Part shown: positions 27,158-36,135 of the stretch, piece by piece
Position numbering within the stretch: position 1 is the stretch's first letter
How the letters are laid out: every line of letters starts with the position of its first letter
Assembly (NCBI GenBank): GCA_948602995.1
Contig: CAPEBR010000013.1
Span: forward strand, 27,908-91,907
Direction: 5' to 3'
Source: an uncultured Dorea sp.
GTDB lineage: Bacteria > Bacillota > Clostridia > Lachnospirales > Lachnospiraceae
Length of the DNA: 64,000 nucleotides
Program-made: the position numbers and the translations under genes
Notes under the pieces: model-generated
What the model was told of the DNA's origin: nothing
Databases searched by the model: none
Seen by the model: only the letters and a program-made list of their open reading frames with translations

Positions 27158-27444
27158 GGTGAGGAAACCGGGTGGGCGGCGGTGCGCGGGTATGCTTTCT
27201 CCGGCCTGCGTTTGGAGGGCGTGTTACAATCCGTTTATGAAAAGAGGCGGTTATCCGGGATCGCCCCCTGTACTTCAAGTACAGGAGGCGAGGACAGCTG
27301 AGACGAGAATTCATCAAGAATTCTTGTCTCAGCTGTCCGGTATCCCGAATAACCGCCTCTTTGAATGCTACGGATTGTTCACGCCCGGAAAAGCAGAGCG
27401 GAGAAAGCATACCCGCGCACCGCCGCCCGCCCGGTTTCTTCACC
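27158..27444. repeat. 287-bp GC-rich long imperfect palindrome in a convergent intergenic region
   Basis: The outer 44 nt of each arm match as reverse complements at 42/44 (GGTGAGGAAACCGGGTGGGCGGCGGTGCGCGGGTATGCTTTCTC...). The centre is GAATTCATCAAGAATTC (27308-27324). The left arm carries an extra nested hairpin, CCTGTACTTCAAGTACAGG. Confidence 0.75.
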
Positions 27445-27461
27445 ACCCAGGCATCCACCCA

Positions 27462-29120
27462 TCACCTAAAGAGCCCCGCCTTCCTGCACACTCTTACCAG
27501 CAAGGCTCCTTTCGGCATCTCATACATCTCCTGCTCGCTCACTCCGCCAAGCATGACAAGCGCCATTGCATACACAACGACAGCCACCGGAAGCGCCACC
27601 AGTGTAGCCACCTGTGTACTGCTAAACAGTTCAAACAACAGATGGATTCCCAGTGCAGTCACCCCCATAATGACTGAGGCAACTGCCGGAATAATAAATG
27701 TCTTCTGCTGCTCCTGCACATAACCGATCTGCATTCTAAGGGAATGGGCATTGAGAATACTCGTAGACCCGGAAAATACAATCCTGCTTAACACAACTGC
27801 ATAGATCCCCCACCGGAACACAACCAGCATTACAAAGAGGGAAATCGTGTACAGCACAAGAGAAATCGTTGCATTCTTTACTGGGGCCATCATATTATCA
27901 AGTCCCTGAAGCACCGCATTGGTAACCGTGGACAGACAATAAAATACAACCGACAAAGCCCCTAACTGCAGCATCAGCCCCCCCACCTTATTATCCTGTG
28001 TAAAAAACAAGAGATCAAGAATGGGTTCTGCCAGTACAATAAACCCTGCAGCACAGGGAATTGCAATCATCATATTAAACTTTGTTACTAGCTGGATCTT
28101 ATTATGTACCTGTTTTCTGCTCCCGGTCTGGGCAGCAGTTACAATTGCCGGGATCAGGGAAGCACCCAGGGAATACGCGATGGAGATCGGAACATTAATC
28201 AGGGTATCATACTTCCCATTCAGAATGCCGATCAGGGAGGTATACTCTGTCGCCTTATGACCCTGTACAGACATAATCTTTGCAAACATGGCATTATCAA
28301 TCACTCCGCACAGATTATATACTGTAGAGCTTAGGATTACCGGTGCAATGGTAATAAACAGAATCTTGTAGATTCTCCTGAAACTTTCCTTCCTGTGTCC
28401 CCGGTCTCTGCGCATCTTCCGTTTTAGAATAGTCTTATATACCGCATAGACAAACAACAGGAACAGCAGTGCAGACAACGCCCCTATGACCGTTCCGAGA
28501 GTACCGCCCGCCGCCGAATAGGCTGCGCCATAGGAATCGTTTCCCCGTATCTTTGCCACATCCATGCCCACCTGAAACAGCATATATGCCCCGGCGATGC
28601 TGACGCCTGCATTTACAATCTGCTCCAGCACCTGGGAAAATGCGGTTGGAATCATGGAACCATTTCCCTGGAAAAAACCGCGCATGACTCCCAGGATCGC
28701 TACAACCAGAATACAGGGAGCCAGTACCCTGAGCGCATAAGCGCTGAACTTTACCGACATAATCTGTTCCGCTATAAAACCTGCGCCAAAAAAAATAGCA
28801 GCGCCAACAAGACCGCTGACTATAATGGCAAATGTCATCGCACCGCGGAAGACCCTGTGTGAATTTTTATACTCTCCTCTTGCTACTCTTGCTGACACAA
28901 GCTTTGATACAGCCAGGGGGAGACTGTAGGATGTAAGGGTCAGTGCAATCGAATAAATCTGAAATGCAATACCATAATACCCCATTCCTTCATCCCCGAT
29001 GATATTTACAAGCGGAACCCGGTAGACTGCCCCGATCAGCTTCGTGATCACACCGGCTATTGCAAGAATAGAACCCTGTAAAAGAAAACCTTTATCTTTA
29101 TTATTTCTGTTTCCAGCCAT
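27462..29120 (-). CDS. MOP-superfamily polysaccharide/lipid II flippase (SpoVB/MurJ-like)
   Basis: 552 aa, about 14 TM helices, N-terminal GFLLQGSILAIAGVITKLIGAVYRVPL typical of SpoVB/MurJ-type proteins. Confidence 0.8.
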   Translation of the reverse strand: MAGNRNNKDKGFLLQGSILAIAGVITKLIGAVYRVPLVNIIGDEGMGYYGIAFQIYSIALTLTSYSLPLAVSKLVSARVARGEYKNSHRVFRGAMTFAIIVSGLVGAAIFFGAGFIAEQIMSVKFSAYALRVLAPCILVVAILGVMRGFFQGNGSMIPTAFSQVLEQIVNAGVSIAGAYMLFQVGMDVAKIRGNDSYGAAYSAAGGTLGTVIGALSALLFLLFVYAVYKTILKRKMRRDRGHRKESFRRIYKILFITIAPVILSSTVYNLCGVIDNAMFAKIMSVQGHKATEYTSLIGILNGKYDTLINVPISIAYSLGASLIPAIVTAAQTGSRKQVHNKIQLVTKFNMMIAIPCAAGFIVLAEPILDLLFFTQDNKVGGLMLQLGALSVVFYCLSTVTNAVLQGLDNMMAPVKNATISLVLYTISLFVMLVVFRWGIYAVVLSRIVFSGSTSILNAHSLRMQIGYVQEQQKTFIIPAVASVIMGVTALGIHLLFELFSSTQVATLVALPVAVVVYAMALVMLGGVSEQEMYEMPKGALLVRVCRKAGLFR

Positions 29121-29232
29121 ACGTTATTTACTCCATCTCAAAAACAACCGCTTCCTCAGGCACTGCCATTTATTATACTCGCGCCAGATTATCTGACGCT
29201 CCATAAATTACAGTGTCTTGCGCGATGGTTTT

Positions 29233-29727
29233 TTATCGTAATATATTCAGCTTTTCTAAGATCTGTCTCTGAAGCGTCTCCATGACAGACCTCTCTTCTT
29301 CCTCCATATGATCATACCCTGATAAGTGTAACATAGAATGTGCAATTAAAAAAGCAAATTCTCTCCTGGGCGTATGTCCGAACTCCTCAGCCTGGGAAAG
29401 TACCTTCTCCTTGGAGATAACAATATCACCAAGAATCAGCTCTCCTGTCTCCGGATGAAAACAGTCATTCTGCTCTTCCAGGTGAGAAAAATCTCCCGGT
29501 GTCTCATATTCAGTCATCGGAAAGGACAATACGTCTGTAGCCCGGTCTATATGCCGGAATTCCCGGTTCATCTCCCGAATCTGCACGTCCTCGGTAAGAA
29601 GCAGGTTCACCTCCGCCTCATAGGGACACCCGAGTTCATCCAGCACTGCCTCCGCAACCTCTTCTGCCAGTTTCTGACATGCAAATGGAAGTCTGATACT
29701 CCCTTCCTCCTCATAGTAAAGCGTCAT
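29233..29727 (-). CDS. ybeY: rRNA maturation endoribonuclease YbeY
   Basis: HSMLHLSGYDH zinc-binding motif; 164 aa. Confidence 0.9.
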   Translation of the reverse strand: MTLYYEEEGSIRLPFACQKLAEEVAEAVLDELGCPYEAEVNLLLTEDVQIREMNREFRHIDRATDVLSFPMTEYETPGDFSHLEEQNDCFHPETGELILGDIVISKEKVLSQAEEFGHTPRREFAFLIAHSMLHLSGYDHMEEEERSVMETLQRQILEKLNILR

Positions 29728-30734
29728 GACCTTCTGCTCCTTTTATTCCTGCCGCCTTTTTCCTTTACACGGCTCTTTGACTTCGTTTCATATTCCTCAT
29801 ATGCCTTTACAATCTTCTGTACAAGCGGATGCCGGACCACATCCCTGCTTGTCAGGCTGCAGATAGCAATGTCCTCAATATTTTTCACCACATTAACCGC
29901 CACGTCCAGGCCGGATGTCTGTCCAGGGGCAAGATCCTTCTGTGTGGCATCCCCGGTAATCACAACCTTTGAGCCAAAACCAATCCTGGTAAGGAACATC
30001 TTCATCTGCGCAGGCGTTGTATTCTGCGCCTCATCCAGAATGATAAACGCATGATCCAGCGTGCGCCCCCGCATATAAGCAAGAGGGGCCACCTCAATCA
30101 GCCCCTTTTCCGAGTTCTTTAAAAAGCTCTCCGCCCCCATAATCTGGTACAGGGCGTCATAAAGCGGCCTTAGATAAGGATCGATCTTGCTCTGAAGGTC
30201 TCCTGGAAGAAATCCAAGCTTCTCTCCTGCCTCGATGGCAGGCCTTGTAAGGATGATCCTGCCCACTTCATTATTTTTAAAGGCCGTAATCGCCATAGCC
30301 ATGGCAAGATACGTCTTTCCTGTTCCGGCAGGACCAAGACCAAACACAATCATCTGTTTCCTGATCGCATCCACATACTTTTTCTGTCCGAAGGTCTTAG
30401 GCTTAATTGGCTTTCCCTGAAGCGTATGGCATATAATATCCCGGTCAATCTCAAGCACATCCTCGCTGCTGTCCTCCATCACAAGAGAAAGGATATAGTC
30501 CACATTCTGCTCCTGTATCGTATTTCCACGCATCGAAAGCTCCATAAGCTTTGCGAGCACAGTACGTGCCCGCTCTGTCCGTACCGGATCCCCCACGATC
30601 TTTACATTCTCTCCCCTTGCAATCAGAGAGACCTTAAGTGTTCTTTCAATCTTCTTCGCATATACGTCAAACTGTCCGAAAACATTCGCCTCATGTTCGG
30701 CCGGTATCTCAATCACTGTCTCCGCTATTCCCAT
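29724..30734 (-). CDS. PhoH-family ATPase (YbeZ-like)
   Basis: Walker A GPAGTGKTYLA and the PhoH signature ILDEAQNTT, with a Lys/Arg-rich C-terminal tail. Confidence 0.9.
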   Translation of the reverse strand: MGIAETVIEIPAEHEANVFGQFDVYAKKIERTLKVSLIARGENVKIVGDPVRTERARTVLAKLMELSMRGNTIQEQNVDYILSLVMEDSSEDVLEIDRDIICHTLQGKPIKPKTFGQKKYVDAIRKQMIVFGLGPAGTGKTYLAMAMAITAFKNNEVGRIILTRPAIEAGEKLGFLPGDLQSKIDPYLRPLYDALYQIMGAESFLKNSEKGLIEVAPLAYMRGRTLDHAFIILDEAQNTTPAQMKMFLTRIGFGSKVVITGDATQKDLAPGQTSGLDVAVNVVKNIEDIAICSLTSRDVVRHPLVQKIVKAYEEYETKSKSRVKEKGGRNKRSRRS

Positions 30735-30738
30735 TCAA

Positions 30739-32052
30739 CTATTCTCCTGACTGTTCATTTTCCTCCTCCGGCGCCTTCACCTCCACCGGCTTTGACGGCT
30801 TCCTGGTTCCCACCGGCATAATTACAGTTAGAGTCCCCTTTGCCGTGGCTTCTTTGGACCCTGTGTATATTTTAACATTATTCCCAATAATTTCTACCCC
30901 TTTTTCACTTAAATCTTCGCAATATCGTGAAAATCTTTCTGTCAGAATCGTCTGGAGCTCCTTTTTCTTATATTTTTTCTCATCCAGGGTATAGGGAACC
31001 ACCCTTTTCTCCCCGAAAAAGACAGGCAGATAAAAATTATCAAAAAGCTTTACCTGCTTTTCCGATGAATAATGTTCACAATGCTCATAATCATTCTTAA
31101 GCCAGCCCAGGCTCAGCCTGAACTCTCCGAGCCTTAGGAAATATTCCCGTCTCTCTACATATTCCGGCACCTTCAGCTTGTTCGCAATTCTTTTTTTCTT
31201 TTCATAAGTAAGGCTCTGTTTATCCTCATAGGCGATCTTTGTCTTTCCAAGAATATCCGCATCAGATTCCTGGTACTGATAAGAGACAGTCTCACCGGCA
31301 TCATTGTTCACGGGAATCTGTCCTGATACAAGAATATCTCCTTTTTTTATCTTTTCACCTTCCCTGATCTTTGGAACTCCCCGCCTTGTAATAATACTTG
31401 TTACCGTGCAATTCCGGTCAGCCACAATATCTGTAGGCTGAACCTCCCTGCCGCTTTCTGTTTCCGCTTTTTTTTCTTCACGCTGGTCCCCAGTCTTTTC
31501 ATTCTCTGGTATCACATCCTGATTTTCCTTTACCTGGATAATCAGCCTGGTCCCTTCAATGGATGCGGACACCCAGATAATATCGTCATATTCCCTGCGG
31601 ATATCTTTTACAATTCTTCCGCAATTCACATCTGAAAGCAGCATTCCGTTTTTCACAGCCTTTGTTCCCAAAAATTCCAGAAGAGTCTCGTCTGTTCTTG
31701 TCAGGTTCCCGCGGATGTCAATACTCCAGACAAATTTCGACAGTGTATAGATTAAGAGAAAGAAAAGACCCGCTCCTGCAAAAAAAAGTTTTCGCCTGCG
31801 GTATCTATATAGGAAAAAGGGGAAACCCTCCCGGCGTATGATCACAACCTTTGCCCCTGTCTTACGCACAATGGGCCTGATCTGCCGGAATCCCCTGATA
31901 CTGATATTCATCTCATATGCATTGGCCGCCGGGCTCATGTTCCACAGACGGATTCCTCTGTGCCGGCATGCATTGAGAAAGCGTTCCGCCGAGTAACCGA
32001 CAACACGTATACGCAGATATCCCCGGATATACTGAAGAATCTTAAATATCAC
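30739..32052 (-). CDS. yqfD: Sporulation protein YqfD
   Basis: N-terminal IRGYLRIRVVGYSAERFLN pattern, a central TM, and position after yqfC. Confidence 0.85.
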   Translation of the reverse strand: MIFKILQYIRGYLRIRVVGYSAERFLNACRHRGIRLWNMSPAANAYEMNISIRGFRQIRPIVRKTGAKVVIIRREGFPFFLYRYRRRKLFFAGAGLFFLLIYTLSKFVWSIDIRGNLTRTDETLLEFLGTKAVKNGMLLSDVNCGRIVKDIRREYDDIIWVSASIEGTRLIIQVKENQDVIPENEKTGDQREEKKAETESGREVQPTDIVADRNCTVTSIITRRGVPKIREGEKIKKGDILVSGQIPVNNDAGETVSYQYQESDADILGKTKIAYEDKQSLTYEKKKRIANKLKVPEYVERREYFLRLGEFRLSLGWLKNDYEHCEHYSSEKQVKLFDNFYLPVFFGEKRVVPYTLDEKKYKKKELQTILTERFSRYCEDLSEKGVEIIGNNVKIYTGSKEATAKGTLTVIMPVGTRKPSKPVEVKAPEEENEQSGE

Positions 32053-32066
32053 TTGTGCCGCCTCCT

Positions 32067-32366
32067 CTACTGCTGATATTCTATGGCTTCAATCCGTCCG
32101 GTAAGCTTCATATCGTCATTCGTATAGTAATCCACACTCAGATTCTTTCCTGTGATACGGATCTGTCCGGCCTTTGTCTGAACACGGATCAGTGTATCCG
32201 TATATTCGATAATTCCGCGATAATTCTCAATATTAAGCTCCATCCGCCCGAGAACAGTCACAACAGGCTGCCCCATAACAACGTCCTTCGGCAGTCCGGA
32301 GGCCTCCGCTATTTTATTTTTCAGGGATTGCTCCTGAACTCTATTTTTCATAACAGCGCCATTCAT
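32067..32366 (-). CDS. yqfC: Sporulation protein YqfC
   Basis: LPKDVVMGQPVVTVLGRMELNIENYRGIIEYTDTLIRV is the YqfC signature. The start could be the internal ATG at 32351. Confidence 0.85.
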   Translation of the reverse strand: MNGAVMKNRVQEQSLKNKIAEASGLPKDVVMGQPVVTVLGRMELNIENYRGIIEYTDTLIRVQTKAGQIRITGKNLSVDYYTNDDMKLTGRIEAIEYQQ

Positions 32367-32410
32367 AAGGTTTATAGTAATCTATGAATGACGGGTACAG
32401 AATATGACTT

Positions 32411-34063
32411 TCAATCATTATTTAAAGCTCCGGCAATGATTTCTTCCGGGAATCCCATTGCACTGAGAAGACGTATGGCATTTCTCGTATCACTGATCCC
32501 AGGATACAGCTTATAATCAAACAGGACATCACCTTCCACCACCGACTCGCGGAAATAAAAATTCTCACAGGACTCTTTCAATATTTCCGCAAGTTCCAGG
32601 TCATGAGTAGCCACCATCAAAATACAGTTTCTCTGATTCAGATATCTCAGAACTGCAGCAGATGCCGCAATCCGTTCTTTCGTATTCGTACCGCGCAGAA
32701 TCTCATCAATTCCGAAAAATGCCAGTCTGTCCTTTCCGCTCCTGTCAATCATCCGTTTCAGGTAACGGATTTCCCTTATATAATAGCTTTCCCCGGACAA
32801 CACGTCGTCCCTGACAGCCATGGACGTAAGTACAGATACCTTTGGCATGGCCATGGTCTCTGCCGTACAGGTATGGATGCTCTGTCCCAGAATCAGATTC
32901 ACTGCAACCGCCTTAATAAACGTAGATTTCCCTGATGCGTTCGATCCGGTTATGATCATGTTTCTGGTAATAAAGACGTCATTCGCTACCGCATGATCAA
33001 TGAGCGGATGGCAGATTCCCGTCCCGCAAAGTATTCTGCCCTGACGGAATTCAGGAATACAATAGCCTGTAGTTCCAGACAGGCTTTTTCTGAACGAGGC
33101 AACAGCAATACTCATATCCACCTCACCCACAAACCGGTAGACTTCCCCGAAGCTCTCCTTTTTTTTACATAAAAGTCGCACCGCCTTGTCATAAAGAAGA
33201 AAATCCAGCATAAATGCACCCAGGAGATAATCTGACGCCATTGCAATCGCATCTCCTGAAAGCCGTGCCTGCTTTCTCTGGCCAAGAACGAGAATGATAC
33301 GGGAAAGATTCTTTAAGTCTTTTGTCCTTTCGCCTTCTCTGGATATTTCCTCTGGACAGAGCTTCTGCACAGCCTCCCCAATCTTCACCGTACGGACAAT
33401 TCCATAAAAAGCCTCTATCTCTACCTCATATTTTGCTTTTGCAATGGCATACACGGCAATATTTATCAGGAAATGAATCCCGGCTGTGGATGCAATCACA
33501 GGATTCGCTGTCAGCAGAGCCGCTGCAGTAAAGGCCAGCAGGGAAGTAAGCAGTATCCTGCAAAGCAGGGCGAAGGGCATCTTCTGAAATTCCAGCTGTT
33601 CTATATATTCCGGAATATAATAGTTAACTGACTCCTTTTTGAGTTCCCACAACAAAACCTGCGTTTCCACGCGCTCATCTGGATGGCTGTCAAAATAACC
33701 GACCTTGCGTTCCAGTCTTTCGAAAATCCTTCGATCCCCCGAGAGACGGTGCAGCCACGCAAAAAGAAGCTGCTCCCCTGCGCAGGATACGGTTGTGTTC
33801 AGACGCTGGAACACAGGATCCATCTCCAGGTCTGCCCATGTAATCTCATCCACACGCTCATCCTCTGGAATATTATCCCTGATCAGATTATAATAGTTTG
33901 CTGTTTCCTTATAATCTGGAAGTTCCACATCCGTGTTTGGCTTCTGTCCGTATTCTGTCCGCAGTTTCATCCGCAGCTTCTTTTTAAAATTCTTCTTTTC
34001 AAGGGAATAAGTAACAAGGACTGCAAGAATAATCAAAACTACAGCTGTCATACCGAATTCCAT
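32411..34063 (-). CDS. MutS-related ABC-type ATPase (MutS domain V only) with N-terminal and central TM segments
   Basis: Walker A GSNASGKSTFIK and MutS signature region (DEILRGTNTKERIA, ATHDLEL). No mismatch-binding domain. Confidence 0.75.
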   Translation of the reverse strand: MEFGMTAVVLIILAVLVTYSLEKKNFKKKLRMKLRTEYGQKPNTDVELPDYKETANYYNLIRDNIPEDERVDEITWADLEMDPVFQRLNTTVSCAGEQLLFAWLHRLSGDRRIFERLERKVGYFDSHPDERVETQVLLWELKKESVNYYIPEYIEQLEFQKMPFALLCRILLTSLLAFTAAALLTANPVIASTAGIHFLINIAVYAIAKAKYEVEIEAFYGIVRTVKIGEAVQKLCPEEISREGERTKDLKNLSRIILVLGQRKQARLSGDAIAMASDYLLGAFMLDFLLYDKAVRLLCKKKESFGEVYRFVGEVDMSIAVASFRKSLSGTTGYCIPEFRQGRILCGTGICHPLIDHAVANDVFITRNMIITGSNASGKSTFIKAVAVNLILGQSIHTCTAETMAMPKVSVLTSMAVRDDVLSGESYYIREIRYLKRMIDRSGKDRLAFFGIDEILRGTNTKERIAASAAVLRYLNQRNCILMVATHDLELAEILKESCENFYFRESVVEGDVLFDYKLYPGISDTRNAIRLLSAMGFPEEIIAGALNND

Positions 34064-34067
34064 ACTC

Positions 34068-34682
34068 TCACCTGATAAGCCCTTTCATTTCCTCAAAACT
34101 TCCTCGAAATACAGCTCCCGCTATCCCGGCTTTTTTTGCTCCCTCCACATTTGCCGCCATATCATCTATAAAAAAACACTCCTTTGGCTTTAGCCCGCAG
34201 GTCTTAAGCAGATGCTCATATATACGGATATCCGGCTTCACCACATGGACATCGCAGGACACCACGACCCCGTCAAAATAATCCAATGGAGCGAAGCCCG
34301 GAAAATAGTCATAAAAGGAAATACTTGCATTTGACAATACATAGATCCGGTATCCCGTTTCCTTCATATACTCTGTAAACTCCTTTGCCCCTGGAACCGG
34401 CTTCATACACATCATCCACTCCAGGGTACAGCTTCTAAGCGCCCCATGGAGACGCGGCGGAACCCGCCTGCTCACTCCATCAAAACGCTCGGCATCTGTA
34501 ATTAGTCCTAAATCGCCTTCTACCCACTCAGGTCCTTCAAAAAGCTCTTTTCTTATGATTGCCCTGTCCTCTTCATTACGGACAAATCTGTTCAGGCAAA
34601 CATCCGGATTATAGCTGAGAAGTACGTTTCCCATATCAAATATTATATTCTTAATCATAGCCGTATTCTCATCCTTCCTCAC
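34068..34682 (-). CDS. HAD-superfamily hydrolase (subfamily IA)
   Basis: Motif I IIFDMGNVLL, motif III/IV FFIDDMAANVEGAKKAG. Confidence 0.8.
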   Translation of the reverse strand: MRKDENTAMIKNIIFDMGNVLLSYNPDVCLNRFVRNEEDRAIIRKELFEGPEWVEGDLGLITDAERFDGVSRRVPPRLHGALRSCTLEWMMCMKPVPGAKEFTEYMKETGYRIYVLSNASISFYDYFPGFAPLDYFDGVVVSCDVHVVKPDIRIYEHLLKTCGLKPKECFFIDDMAANVEGAKKAGIAGAVFRGSFEEMKGLIR

Positions 34683-34691
34683 AGGCTGCAG

Positions 34692-35024
34692 TTATTTGTC
34701 CGGCTCCGTTATAAATCTTTCCTCGATCTTACTCTGCCACCATACAGCACCGCCTATACCAACAACACAGAATATTGCAAAGAAAAAGACAGAGAATGCC
34801 GGGTTCAACGCGATCAGAATCCCACCGGCGAATAATACACCGGAAAAGGCGCACCACATCTTTCCTACTTCCTTATTATAAGCAGGTATATCTGAGACCA
34901 TATCCTCCGTAAGCCTGGAAACGAAAGAAAGCCGCATAGGTTCTTTTTTATTCACTGCATAGATTCCGACAACCAGATATACAATTGCTGCACCCCACAT
35001 AATCATCAAGTATTTCATATGCAT
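34692..35024 (-). CDS. Hypothetical small membrane protein
   Basis: 110 aa, three predicted TM helices, SD AGGAAGGAAA. No family recognised. Confidence 0.55.
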   Translation of the reverse strand: MHMKYLMIMWGAAIVYLVVGIYAVNKKEPMRLSFVSRLTEDMVSDIPAYNKEVGKMWCAFSGVLFAGGILIALNPAFSVFFFAIFCVVGIGGAVWWQSKIEERFITEPDK

Positions 35025-35404
35025 TTCCTTCCTCTCTCATTTTGCGTTTATTACTCTTTCTTTTAGTATACAAAACATTAGAATAAAGATCAAGTATAAT
35101 AGTAATCGTTCCGCACTCCTGACCCGTGAATAATAACGAAAAGGATTTGAAAGTTTTTTGTATAGTAGTTCTTTTCGAAACTACCACAATATATAGCACA
35201 ATATTTCTGTTATTATCTAAATATGTCATTTATTATGCATACACTTCATATCCTCGCTTATATAGAAATATAGTAAACGCTTTGTTTTTGTCTTTCTGCT
35301 TTTTAAATCCATGCCTTTCATCAAGTGGTTCTGAATAGGACTACTTGATGATTTTGCTGTCAGAATCAGGAATTTCCTTCTGCTTTTTGAGTTATGTGGC
35401 ACTA

Positions 35405-35454
35405 CAAAAACAGAGAGGGAACAGTGTCTGGTATCTGTTCCCTCTCTGTTTTTA
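35405..35454. terminator. Bidirectional rho-independent terminator downstream of lepB
   Basis: 14-bp perfect stem CAGAGAGGGAACAG (35411-35424) / CTGTTCCCTCTCTG (35435-35448), flanked by A5 and T5 runs. Confidence 0.8.
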
Positions 35455-35467
35455 TAGTTATACTCAC

Positions 35468-36043
35468 TTATTCTACCTTTCTGATCTTAGGAAAATATTG
35501 AAACATCGCTTTTGCAAGAATCTCATCGCTTTCCACAAACGGATCATCCCAGTATCTTGAATCACGGGAATTATTCCTGTTGTCTCCCATTACAAAGTAA
35601 GAATCCTCTGGTACTTCATAGGGACCGAATTCTCCTACGATCAGCTCTTTCAGATAGGGCTCATCCAGCGGAGTCTCCGAATCATTTATGTACACCTGGC
35701 CGCCCTCAATCCGGACTGTATCTCCAGGAAGTCCAATTACTCTTTTGATAAAGATCTGTGAAGGATCATCTGGATAATGGAATAATATAATATCCTTCCG
35801 CTCGGGTTCACTGCCAAGGTAAGCGAGACGGAAGCCGATAATCCGGTCGCCTGGGTGAATAGTGTTCTCCATAGAACCAGACGGAATATTAGCGTTTACA
35901 ATCAGTACTTTACTGCAGAACAGGGCAAGAACTACCGCAATTACCAGTACCTGCACATATTCCCAGATTACTTTCGCCTTACTCTGCTCTTTTTTTATGT
36001 CTGGTTCTTTTGTCTCCTGTTGTTTTTTTCTAAATAATACCAT
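35468..36043 (-). CDS. lepB: Signal peptidase I
   Basis: Catalytic Ser box PSGSMENT, Lys box and GDNRNNSRDSRYW. The ATG at 36043 has GGAGGG 7 nt upstream. Confidence 0.9.
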   Translation of the reverse strand: MVLFRKKQQETKEPDIKKEQSKAKVIWEYVQVLVIAVVLALFCSKVLIVNANIPSGSMENTIHPGDRIIGFRLAYLGSEPERKDIILFHYPDDPSQIFIKRVIGLPGDTVRIEGGQVYINDSETPLDEPYLKELIVGEFGPYEVPEDSYFVMGDNRNNSRDSRYWDDPFVESDEILAKAMFQYFPKIRKVE

Positions 36044-36135
36044 AATCAGGCCCTCCTCTAAAACATATCTGCCAGTGCCTTTAGCAACACATTCATTTCC
36101 GTAACAGTATATCACATTTTCAGCATATTGTCCTG

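Noticed and set aside
27102-27723. ORFs of 118 aa (-), 172 aa (+) and 120 aa (+) spanning the GC-rich intergenic region
   Set aside because: They are generated by the long palindrome: both strands encode the same peptide KPGGRRCAGMLSP. They have no RBS, a Pro/Arg/Gly-rich composition, and overlap the 3' end of the flippase gene.
34948-35229. 93-aa minus-strand ORF extending from the AT-rich spacer into the 34692-35024 gene
   Set aside because: It is out of frame with and overlaps the better-supported membrane-protein gene, has no SD, and has a low-complexity translation.
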